Below, piece by piece: positions 27,266 through 34,427 of a stretch of DNA of 55,776 nt. The DNA comes from Candidatus Saccharimonadota bacterium (GTDB lineage: Bacteria; Patescibacteriota; Saccharimonadia; Saccharimonadales; JAUPVS01). Position 1 is the first letter of the stretch. Each line of letters begins with the position of its first letter. The position numbers were made by a program, and so were the translations under genes. Under the pieces are notes generated by a model. The model was not told the origin of the DNA and did no database searches. It worked only from the letters and a program-made list of their open reading frames with translations. The stretch is from contig JBAXGG010000002.1 in the NCBI GenBank assembly GCA_037139495.1, positions 1 to 55,776 on the forward strand, given 5' to 3'.

Positions 27266-28296
27266 TATAACAAGCTTTTTTGGTTTGGCGGGCTTTGTGG
27301 TTTTTTACCAAGATGCTTATAGGCTTTATGAGTTACCTTACGTCCGCGTGGGGTTCTTTCTAGCAGGCCAATTTGTAACAAATAGGGTTCGTAGAAATCT
27401 TCGATTGTTGATCGTTCTTCGGCTGTAATGGCAGCCAGAGTTTCTACACCAACCGGTCCACCCTGATAGCTATTAATTATGGCCAGCAATAGCATCCGGT
27501 CGGCTGGATCAAGGCCCAGGTCGTCGACCTCCAGTAGAGCTAGGGCTTGAGTGCTAATCGCGGCGTCAATAATTCCATCGCCATTTACATCGGCGTAATC
27601 ACGAACTCGTTTAAGCAGACGATTGGCAATTCTCGGTGTTAGTCGGGCTCTTTTAGCCAGGTCTTGGGCAGCAGGTTTGTCGATTCTAATACCAATTATT
27701 TTGGCAGCTCGTTCGATTATCTGTTGGATTTCGGACGGTTGGTAAAATTCCAGCCTATGAATCATTCCAAAACGATCGCGCAATGGAGCTGCCAGGGAAC
27801 CAGTTCGGGTGGTGGCACCGATAATAGTAAACTTTGGCAAATCTAGTCGCAAGCTACGGGCCGTTGGGCCTTTACCGAGCATAATGTCTAATTTAAAGTC
27901 TTCCATTGCACTATAAAGAACCTCTTCAACATTCCGGTTCAACCGATGAATTTCGTCGATAAACAAGATGTCGCCGTCCTGTAGGTTGGTAAGCAAACTA
28001 GCTAGGTCACCGGCTCGTTCGACAGCCGGGCCGCTAGTTACGCGGATGTTGGCACCCATCTCATTGGCAATAACTGTGGCCATAGTTGTTTTGCCTAGTC
28101 CAGGTGGCCCATGTAAAAGAATATGATCCAGCGGCTCACCGCGTTTTTTGGCAGCACTAATTGCTAATTGCAGGTTTTGCTTAAGTCGTTCCTGACCGAT
28201 GTAATTAGTAAAATCATGAGGTCGAAGCGTGATTTCTAATTCAACTTCTACCGGATCGTCATCATCGACTGGATTCAGGATTCGCTCGATTGCCAT
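27265..28296 (-). CDS. ruvB: Holliday junction helicase RuvB
   Basis: 343 aa. Walker [10 protein letters not shown], Walker [11 protein letters not shown] and the sensor [15 protein letters not shown]. Confidence 0.95.
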   Translation of the reverse strand: MAIERILNPVDDDDPVEVELEITLRPHDFTNYIGQERLKQNLQLAISAAKKRGEPLDHILLHGPPGLGKTTMATVIANEMGANIRVTSGPAVERAGDLASLLTNLQDGDILFIDEIHRLNRNVEEVLYSAMEDFKLDIMLGKGPTARSLRLDLPKFTIIGATTRTGSLAAPLRDRFGMIHRLEFYQPSEIQQIIERAAKIIGIRIDKPAAQDLAKRARLTPRIANRLLKRVRDYADVNGDGIIDAAISTQALALLEVDDLGLDPADRMLLLAIINSYQGGPVGVETLAAITAEERSTIEDFYEPYLLQIGLLERTPRGRKVTHKAYKHLGKKPQSPPNQKSLL

Positions 28297-28877
28297 TACT
28301 TAGTCCTTAGAGCCTGCTTAATTCGTTCTGGGGTAGGGAGGTTGTCGGGAATGTTGTCTAGGGCCTTTGCGGCATCCAGTGCAGTGTAGCCGAGAGCCAT
28401 TAAAGCTTCAACGGCTTCGTCCTGGGACAGCATGGCCTCCGACTGCAGCATCCCAGTGCTAGATAAATCGACACCATCCAAACCAACTTTGTCTTTAAGC
28501 TCAACAACTACGCGCTCGGCCACACGTTTGCCGACACCGTTAGCTTGTTGAATGAATTTAGTGTCCCCACCGGCAATTGCTCGCCTAACCTCCCCTGCCG
28601 ATCCGATACTTAACATGTTAAGTGCCATCCGTGGGCCAATCCCATTAACGGATAGCAGTTGCTCGAATAAGTTCTTAGTGTCCAGCTTGCAGAAGCCAAA
28701 TAAATCATGGCTGCTCTCTCTTATATGTTCGTAAATATATGCTTTAGCGGCCTGTCCGACTACCAACTGACCAAAGTCGCCGGCCGGTACCAGTATTCCG
28801 TATCCAACGCCACGAATATTTAAAACCACAATGTCCTGTAGTTTTTCGCTTACCGTTCCCTCTAGAGTTGCAATCAT
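28296..28877 (-). CDS. ruvA: Holliday junction DNA-binding protein RuvA
   Basis: 193 aa. MIATLEGTV, the HhH motifs [13 protein letters not shown] and [13 protein letters not shown], and 1-nt overlaps within the operon. Confidence 0.9.
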   Translation of the reverse strand: MIATLEGTVSEKLQDIVVLNIRGVGYGILVPAGDFGQLVVGQAAKAYIYEHIRESSHDLFGFCKLDTKNLFEQLLSVNGIGPRMALNMLSIGSAGEVRRAIAGGDTKFIQQANGVGKRVAERVVVELKDKVGLDGVDLSSTGMLQSEAMLSQDEAVEALMALGYTALDAAKALDNIPDNLPTPERIKQALRTK

Positions 28878-28887
28878 ATACTAGATA

Positions 28888-29361
28888 TTATCGCATATTT
28901 ATTGTGCAACAGATAGCTGTAGCTAGTGCATCAGCCGCGTCATCAGGCTTTGGGACTTCTTTAAGCGCCAACAGTACCCTGACCATTTCTTGCATTTGTT
29001 TTTTATCAGCTCGGCCATGGCCAGTAATCGCCAACTTAATTTGTTGAGGCGAAAATTCGTAGAGTTCTAGATTGTGCTGCTTGCCACATAGAAGAACTAC
29101 TCCCCTAGCCTGCGAAACGCTCATAGCCGTGGTGACATTCTGGGCAAAAAACAGCTTTTCTACGGCCATGGCCTCTGGCTTGTTGGCGGTAATAATTTCG
29201 TGAAGCTCATCATAGATCGTAGCCAGTCGTTCGCTATCTGGTTGATGAACTGGAGTGCGAATAACTCCGGCATCAACTAGGCTCACCTTACCCCCATCAT
29301 CTAGGTCGATAACACCAAATCCCAAGATTCCAGTTCCGGGATCAATCCCTAATATACGCAT
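28888..29361 (-). CDS. ruvC: Holliday junction resolvase RuvC
   Basis: 157 aa. MRILGIDPGT, VEKLFFAQN, and the C-terminal acidic pair DDAADALA. Confidence 0.9.
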   Translation of the reverse strand: MRILGIDPGTGILGFGVIDLDDGGKVSLVDAGVIRTPVHQPDSERLATIYDELHEIITANKPEAMAVEKLFFAQNVTTAMSVSQARGVVLLCGKQHNLELYEFSPQQIKLAITGHGRADKKQMQEMVRVLLALKEVPKPDDAADALATAICCTINMR

Positions 29362-29460
29362 AGTAGTAGCATACCAGACCAGTTAGCCAGTTACCCGCCG
29401 TTTAGTGATACGACAACGCACTAAACCAGTAATATCATGTCAGTACTCGTTAACTTCTGT

Positions 29461-30201
29461 TTAAGCCGAGAGCCGGTTCAAAAGAGCTTCGGGTATATCA
29501 AAATTTACATGGGTATTGGTGACGTCATCGATCTCGTCCAAGGCATCCATTAATCTTAGAATCTTACCGGCGGTCGCCTCATCTTCGACTACGACAGTAT
29601 TATTGGGTACATAGGTCAGCTCGGCTTCGGTAATCTCGTATCCATCCACTTTAAGGTTGTCACGGACATTAGCAAGTTCTTTAGCCTCAGTATAAATTAC
29701 AGATTCTAAGCCTTCTTCCTGAACGTCTTCGGCGCCGGCATCCAAAGCAGCCAGCAGTACTTCATCACCACTGCCGTGCAATCTAATCATGCCTTTATGG
29801 TCGAACTGAAAAAGCACAGCACCTTTTTCGGCTACACTGCCACCGTGTTTACTAAAAGCTAGTTTTACCTCAGGATAGGTTCGATTTACGTTATCGGTAG
29901 CAGCTTCGACAATAATAGCTACGCCACCGGGGCCATAGCCTTCGTACAAAACTTCCAGAATTTCGGCACCACCGAGTTTGCCAGAACCGCGGTCAATCGA
30001 ACGCTGGATGTTTGCTACTGGCATGTTGGAGGCTTTGGCTTTATCTACCGCCATGCGTAGCGAAAAGTTCATGTTAGGGTCGGCGCCAGCTCGGGCAGCG
30101 ACGGCAATATTATTGCCAAGCTTGGTGAATACCGCGCCGCGGGCGGCATCTTTAACGCCCTTCTGTCTTTTGATAGTAGACCATTTAGAGTGACCAGACA
30201 T
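29461..30201 (-). CDS. YebC/PmpR-family transcriptional regulator
   Basis: The family N-terminus MSGHSKWSTIKRQKG starts at the ATG at 30201. The upstream 42 codons of the track ORF (to 30327) are not family-like. Confidence 0.9.
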   Translation of the reverse strand: MSGHSKWSTIKRQKGVKDAARGAVFTKLGNNIAVAARAGADPNMNFSLRMAVDKAKASNMPVANIQRSIDRGSGKLGGAEILEVLYEGYGPGGVAIIVEAATDNVNRTYPEVKLAFSKHGGSVAEKGAVLFQFDHKGMIRLHGSGDEVLLAALDAGAEDVQEEGLESVIYTEAKELANVRDNLKVDGYEITEAELTYVPNNTVVVEDEATAGKILRLMDALDEIDDVTNTHVNFDIPEALLNRLSA

Positions 30202-30478
30202 ATCTGTTATTCTACTATATTGTGGTGGTTCTTGCGAACCTTCTGACGGAAAGAATAGTTTTCCTTGCCATTTTCTCAGGCAATATATCCATTGGGTGAA
30301 ATTGCATTGTCTATGGTATTTTCGCAATTGTAAAGAAATCCTGAGATTAACACCTCATTAATAAAACCGTTTGCGGCTTGAGTTTTTATTCGACTATTCT
30401 TCCGACTCTTTTAACTCATTAACTTCGCGGTCCAAACAAAAAGACTACGCATCGAAAGCTCTCATATTATACTTATGT

Positions 30479-30509
30479 ATGAGGGCCAGCGCGAAAGCTA
30501 TAGCAACTA
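30479..30509 (-). repeat. Copy C of the cassette-boundary core (TAGTTGCTATAGCTTTCGCGCTGGCCCTCA)
   Basis: It begins 4 nt after the NmrA-like gene's stop. By hand alignment, 24/31 nt match copy B. The flank CATACATAAG resembles the CATACATAAA found after tRNA-Lys. It overlaps a hairpin (GCTCTCATA...TATGAGGGC, 30458-30486). Confidence 0.65.
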
Positions 30510-30513
30510 TTAT

Positions 30514-31395
30514 TTATACAAAAACATCCTCAAGAACTTTAGGGTGAATATATGGAAAAAGTTCATGGGCCTTATTATTTGTAACCACCATTGGGTTAGA
30601 CAGTGAATCTACCATAATTCTGCCGACCTTGGCATGGGTTTTAGGAGTGAAAAGATTCAACCACCAAGCAGCAATACTTGCTGGTATAACGTGCAACTTG
30701 ATGATTACCACTTTTTTGTTTTCCCATGCAGCATACCGTTTCATTAGATCTCCGTAAGAAAGTTGCTCTGGACCGCCTATTTCTACTATTTGATTTTCTT
30801 GGGTATTCAAATTCAGGGCTGCGATTAAGTAGCTCAGCGCATCCTTTAAACCTATCGGTTGGGTTAATGTTTTTGCCCATTTAGGTAATGTAAGTACTGG
30901 TAGTTTGTGAATAAGATTTGTCACTATGTCGTACGATATGCTGCCGTTTCCTACCACCATAGATGCCCGGAATTCTATGACATGAAACCGACCATTTCTT
31001 AATATTTCACCTGTTTTGTGACGACTAGCAAGATGCTTAGATAATTTATCATGATCATTTCCTAGCCCACCAAGATATATAACTCTCATGATACTAGAAT
31101 TATTTGCAGCCCTGCAAAAACTTTCAGCGGCTTTTGCTTCCGCTTCAGCAAAATCAACTTTCTTTTGGGCCATCATGTGTATTAAATAAAAAGCCGTGTC
31201 ACAATCCTGAAGGTATGAATGTAGTTTTTCTGTATCGAATACATCAACATTATGTTTAGTTAAGCGTTTGTGATTAAAGGGGATTGATTCCGCTTCAGGT
31301 GATAATGCTATTACGCTATATTCAGTATCTGATAATAATCTTTCGATTAAATTATGTCCAATGTAGCCATTCGCACCTATTACCGCAATATTCAT
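30514..31395 (-). CDS. NmrA-like / atypical SDR NAD(P)-binding protein
   Basis: 293 aa with the Rossmann N-terminus MNIAVIGANGYIGHNLIERLL. Confidence 0.75.
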   Translation of the reverse strand: MNIAVIGANGYIGHNLIERLLSDTEYSVIALSPEAESIPFNHKRLTKHNVDVFDTEKLHSYLQDCDTAFYLIHMMAQKKVDFAEAEAKAAESFCRAANNSSIMRVIYLGGLGNDHDKLSKHLASRHKTGEILRNGRFHVIEFRASMVVGNGSISYDIVTNLIHKLPVLTLPKWAKTLTQPIGLKDALSYLIAALNLNTQENQIVEIGGPEQLSYGDLMKRYAAWENKKVVIIKLHVIPASIAAWWLNLFTPKTHAKVGRIMVDSLSNPMVVTNNKAHELFPYIHPKVLEDVFV

Positions 31396-31410
31396 AAATA
31401 ATATTCAGTA

Positions 31411-31716
31411 TTACGGTCTTGTTTCTTTTAGTTCTACAAGTATGGTGTGAGTGTCAGTTTTTCCAATGTTTTCGCCAATATGGTCTTGTTCGGGCTGCCA
31501 ACCGGCTTCGTAAGCCTTTTTATTTACAGTTTTCTCGTTGCCATTAACATAAAGTTTTCTATCGAAAGCGCTAAGAGTGAACGTAAAGGTATCGGGGTGG
31601 TGATGGAGTGTAGTTTTATCTCCTGGCTTATCTTTGTATTCAAACACTCGGACTCTGTCATTCTCAAATATTACTTTGTAATTATCTGGATTAGTGGTTT
31701 CTGGATCTTTGTTCAT
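31411..31716 (-). CDS. Small cupin-like protein
   Basis: 101 aa. YKVIFENDRVRVFEYKDKPGDKTTLHHHP is typical of small cupin-fold proteins. It lies 15 nt upstream of the NmrA-like gene. Confidence 0.6.
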   Translation of the reverse strand: MNKDPETTNPDNYKVIFENDRVRVFEYKDKPGDKTTLHHHPDTFTFTLSAFDRKLYVNGNEKTVNKKAYEAGWQPEQDHIGENIGKTDTHTILVELKETRP

Positions 31717-31722
31717 CGTTTA

Positions 31723-31731
31723 ATTATAACA
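31723..31731 (-). promoter_or_regulatory. Extended -10 TGTTATAAT, 6 nt upstream of the cupin ATG (leaderless-type)
   Basis: The minus strand reads TTGTTATAAT-TAAACG-ATG. There is no SD sequence between them. Confidence 0.45.
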
Positions 31732-31757
31732 AAACAGGAGCAATTTGCTCCTGTTTT
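31731..31757 (-). terminator. Terminator hairpin of module A
   Basis: AAAACAGGAGCAA-T-TTGCTCCTGTTTT. A/T runs on both sides, so it could act bidirectionally. Confidence 0.65.
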
Positions 31758-31802
31758 AAGAATAAGCGTATTGGAGGGACGTATGTATCGCTGTTGCAAC
31801 TA

Positions 31803-32345
31803 TTATAAAGAATACTTCCAGCCAGGTTGCCAGGATTTAGTCTTTCGCCAATCATTTGCAAATGCTTCGTCCCAGTTCATTCCTTTAACTAAAACATCCA
31901 AAGCAAGCTGGGGAGCTTTATGGGCAACGATTGCAATGTGCTTGCCATCGTATTGTGTTTTTATTTCGTTTATAAAGTCTTCAATTCTTGCTTTGACATC
32001 TTCGTAACTTTCACCCTTTGGCATTGGCGTTGTTATGGATTTTTCTTGCATAGGTTCAACTATGCTTGAATCTTTACCGTTCATATCTCCATAATTACAT
32101 TCACGGAGTCTTCTATCTGCAAACATAGGGTAATTATTGCCCCAAGTCAGATTAGCTGAATCTATGGCTCTGCTTAAGTCAGATGTGAATACTGCATCAA
32201 ATTTCAAGTTTTCTGTTAACTGTGTGAGGTCTTTTGACTGCTGTATACCTAAATCAGATAGCCTTGCATCATTCCATCCAGATGATCTGTTGTTTTCATT
32301 ATCTACGGTTGTGCCGTGAACAAAGTACGTAATCTTGACTGACAT
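31803..32345 (-). CDS. Histidine phosphatase (phosphoglycerate mutase-like) superfamily protein, VHG variant
   Basis: 180 aa. The family blocks SDLSRAIDSA, LRECNYGDMNG, GESYEDV and IAIVAHKAPQLAL are present, but the N-terminal motif reads FVHGTT instead of RHG. Confidence 0.75.
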   Translation of the reverse strand: MSVKITYFVHGTTVDNENNRSSGWNDARLSDLGIQQSKDLTQLTENLKFDAVFTSDLSRAIDSANLTWGNNYPMFADRRLRECNYGDMNGKDSSIVEPMQEKSITTPMPKGESYEDVKARIEDFINEIKTQYDGKHIAIVAHKAPQLALDVLVKGMNWDEAFANDWRKTKSWQPGWKYSL

Positions 32346-32351
32346 ATATTA

Positions 32352-32360
32352 ATTGTATCA
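32352..32360 (-). promoter_or_regulatory. Extended -10 TGATACAAT, 6 nt upstream of the phosphatase ATG (leaderless-type)
   Basis: The minus strand reads TTGATACAAT-TAATAT-ATG. Confidence 0.45.
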
Positions 32361-32361
32361 A

Positions 32362-32388
32362 AAAACAGAGGCATATTACCTCTGTTTT
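32362..32388 (-). terminator. Terminator hairpin of module B
   Basis: On the minus strand: AAAACAGAGG-TAATATG-CCTCTGTTTT followed by TTG. The stem differs from module A by paired, compensatory changes. Confidence 0.7.
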
Positions 32389-32430
32389 AAGCATAAGCGG
32401 TATGGAGGGCCATCGTAGATGCTATTGCAA

Positions 32431-32775
32431 CTATTTTGGGCGAACAATCTCGGATTCAAACCATTCTTCTTGAAACTTAGTAGCCTCACGAATCTCTTTG
32501 TCAGTAAAGTTAACTTTTGGCTCACAGACCACTAACTTATCATCGTCGTCGTTTGTGCGATGTATGATTGCAATGCAATGTCCCGCAAACTCATTTATCG
32601 GCTCATCTACACCTAGCACGTAGGCATCTAGCTCTTCTCCATCCGGCGCCTTAGTACCAGGCACAAACCCATAGTTGATAGGGTAAACAAAGTCATACTT
32701 TGGATGCATGCTTCCAAGTGGACGGTCAATCTCCACTTTGACGTCCTGTCCAAGAAAAGGTAGTGAATATTTCAT
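32431..32775 (-). CDS. Small inorganic pyrophosphatase-like protein
   Basis: 114 aa. INYGFVPGT...DGEELDAYVLG...AIIHRTNDDDDKLVV resembles the short inorganic-diphosphatase-like family. Confidence 0.6.
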   Translation of the reverse strand: MKYSLPFLGQDVKVEIDRPLGSMHPKYDFVYPINYGFVPGTKAPDGEELDAYVLGVDEPINEFAGHCIAIIHRTNDDDDKLVVCEPKVNFTDKEIREATKFQEEWFESEIVRPK

Positions 32776-32782
32776 ATCTAGT

Positions 32783-32791
32783 ATTATATCA
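32783..32791 (-). promoter_or_regulatory. Extended -10 TGATATAAT, 7 nt upstream of the PPase-like ATG
   Basis: The minus strand reads TTTGATATAAT-ACTAGAT-ATG. It lies directly downstream of the tRNA-Lys 3' end and resembles the promoter part of modules A and B. Confidence 0.45.
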
Positions 32792-32834
32792 AAGAAAAAC
32801 TCCTCATATTTAGAAGTTTATGTATGGACTAATT

Positions 32835-32911
32835 TGGAGGGCCCAGTGGGACTCGAACCCACGACACCCTGCTTAAAAGGCAGGTGCTCTAACCAGCTGA
32901 GCTATGGGCCC
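32835..32911 (-). tRNA. tRNA-Lys (anticodon UUU), CCA encoded
   Basis: The reverse complement GGGCCCATAGCTCAGCTGGTTAGAGCACCTGCCTTTTAAGCAGGGTGTCGTGGGTTCGAGTCCCACTGGGCCCTCCA folds as a cloverleaf. Anticodon loop is CTTTTAA. Confidence 0.92.
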
Positions 32912-32944
32912 ACATAGTTCATGAATGCTGAATTAACTTCTTAC

Positions 32945-32972
32945 ATTATGCGTATTTTGGGCGAAATGTCAA
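32945..32972 (-). promoter_or_regulatory. Sigma-70-like promoter for tRNA-Lys
   Basis: On the minus strand: TTGACA, 16 nt, CATAAT, about 35 nt upstream of the tRNA. Confidence 0.4.
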
Positions 32973-32984
32973 TCTGTTAATGGC

Positions 32985-33479
32985 TTAATGATGATGCCTT
33001 TTGGACGACTTGTGACTCCGCGGAGCCGTAACCCAAAGCACTGTCATGCTAATAACTACTCCAGCTACCACGACAATTTCTCGGCTTTTATCTAGCAAAG
33101 TCCAGCCATTTAGACTCGTGATGGCTATCTGAGGTCCATACGGCAATAGTGGTACGGCTAGTAAAACACCGACAACTCCGACCGCCACAGCTGGTGCAAT
33201 ATTAAATACCATTTTGGGGCCGGTCAAAGTTTTGCGCATCAATATAGCGCTCAGCATCGCCGGCAAAAGTAATAAGGCTAACTGGAAGTATTGACTGACT
33301 GCATTAGAGTTATTACCGATGGCAGACCCAACTAAACCAGCTTCGTTACCGACGAACTTCACAAGTAAAGCTCCGGCACACAGGCTTAAAAATACGATGG
33401 CAGCGTTGGTACGTAGCAAAAGTATCAATATCATCGGCACAGCAATGGCCACTAACAAAGCAATATTTTGCATAATCAT
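32985..33479 (-). CDS. Hypothetical polytopic membrane protein
   Basis: 164 aa with 4-5 hydrophobic helices, ending in SSKRHHH. It is the last gene of the rimK unit. Confidence 0.6.
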   Translation of the reverse strand: MIMQNIALLVAIAVPMILILLLRTNAAIVFLSLCAGALLVKFVGNEAGLVGSAIGNNSNAVSQYFQLALLLLPAMLSAILMRKTLTGPKMVFNIAPAVAVGVVGVLLAVPLLPYGPQIAITSLNGWTLLDKSREIVVVAGVVISMTVLWVTAPRSHKSSKRHHH

Positions 33480-33518
33480 GCGCCCATCATAGCATGAGCA
33501 GGTTGGCTTGTCTCTGTT

Positions 33519-34424
33519 TTAGGCGCCGATACGGTCGCGTTTGCCACGCTTGCTTTTAGCGTTTTGCTCTATGTATTCAATGATCTTGCTAGCAACATCA
33601 CGACCAGTCACCTTCTCTATACCAAAACCTGGGCTAGCGTTAACTTCTAGAACCAGTGGGCCTCGAGCGGAGCGCATCATATCGACACCGCAGATTGGTA
33701 AACCCATAGCTTTGGCAGCTTTTTGAGCGGTCTTTATTTCTTCGTCGGTTAACTTAACAATCGTACCCTCGCCACCTTGATGCAGGTTAGAGCGGAAATC
33801 ATCATCCAGGCTTTGACGTTGCATGCTCGCGACTACTTTGCCGTTAACCAAAAAGGCTCTAATGTCAGTTCCGGCTGATTCTTGAACGAACTCTTGGACT
33901 AAAAAGTTCACGCCTTCTACATAAAAAGCCTGCATTACTGCTTCGGCAGCCTTGCGGGTTTCTGCCAATACAACACCTTTACCGTGCGTACCGCGGGCGA
34001 CCTTTATAATCAGAGGTGCACCACCAGCTTGTTCGATAAGGTCAGCGGCTTCGGCTGTTTCGCGAGCGAAAACGGTTTTAGGAATGCCAACACCGGCTCG
34101 GGCTAAAATTTGGGTAGCTCGCAGCTTATCGCGTGTTCGGTTAATCGCTAGTGAACTAACTACTGAGTAAACACCCTGCATCTCAAACTGACGTACAATT
34201 GAGGTGCCATATTTAGTTAGGTTAGACGCTATCCGCGGGATGATTACATCAATGTCGCGAATTTCCTCGCCCTCATAACGAATAACCGGGTTATTTTGCT
34301 CTAGCGTAACGTAGCACTTGGCATAATTAATAACGCGGACGGAGTGACCACGCTTTTCGGCTTCTTCTTTAAGTCGCCTGGTAGAGTAGTTGCCGGGACC
34401 TTTGGATAAAATAGCAATCTTCAT
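33519..34424 (-). CDS. rimK: RimK-type ATP-grasp alpha-L-glutamate ligase
   Basis: 301 aa, collinear with E. coli RimK as I recall it (MKIAILS..., IPRI, RDKLR..Q.LAR.G, GAPL..K...GT.G.GVVLAE, DIR..V, GDFRSNLH.GG, GVD..R...GPLV.EVNASPG). Confidence 0.9.
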   Translation of the reverse strand: MKIAILSKGPGNYSTRRLKEEAEKRGHSVRVINYAKCYVTLEQNNPVIRYEGEEIRDIDVIIPRIASNLTKYGTSIVRQFEMQGVYSVVSSLAINRTRDKLRATQILARAGVGIPKTVFARETAEAADLIEQAGGAPLIIKVARGTHGKGVVLAETRKAAEAVMQAFYVEGVNFLVQEFVQESAGTDIRAFLVNGKVVASMQRQSLDDDFRSNLHQGGEGTIVKLTDEEIKTAQKAAKAMGLPICGVDMMRSARGPLVLEVNASPGFGIEKVTGRDVASKIIEYIEQNAKSKRGKRDRIGA

Positions 34425-34427
34425 GAC

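Larger units (their letters stand above)
31717..31802 (-). repeat. Intergenic module A (core + hairpin + extended -10)
   Basis: About 70% identical to module B over about 87 aligned positions (hand alignment). Core at 31772-31802, hairpin at 31731-31757, TGTTATAAT at 31723-31731. Confidence 0.75.
32346..32433 (-). repeat. Intergenic module B (core + hairpin + extended -10)
   Basis: Core TAGTTGCAATAGCATCTACGATGGCCCTCCA at 32403-32433; its TAG is the stop codon of the upstream gene. Hairpin at 32362-32388 and TGATACAAT at 32352-32360. Confidence 0.75.
30479..32834 (-). mobile_element. Putative tRNA-Lys-associated genomic islet (three tandem cassette-like units, no recombinase seen)
   Basis: Bounded by the tRNA-Lys 3' end and a distal partial copy of it. 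Two internal copies are present. The region looks AT-richer than its flanks, and the gene content is unrelated to the neighbours. Confidence 0.4.

Noticed and set aside
30479-32433. The repeated cassette boundaries might be integron attC sites.
   Set aside because: I could not find the paired RYYYAAC / GTTRRRY core sites or the extended imperfect attC palindrome. No intI or attI is present, and each unit carries its own promoter. I describe it instead as a tRNA-3'-end-like repeat.
31772-32433. Programmed -1 frameshift or stop read-through that would extend the upstream proteins into the conserved IVAIAST..AL frame of the core.
   Set aside because: The core frame is -1 relative to the upstream ORF in copies A and B. 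In copy C it is in frame 0, after a TAA stop. I saw no consistent slippery site.
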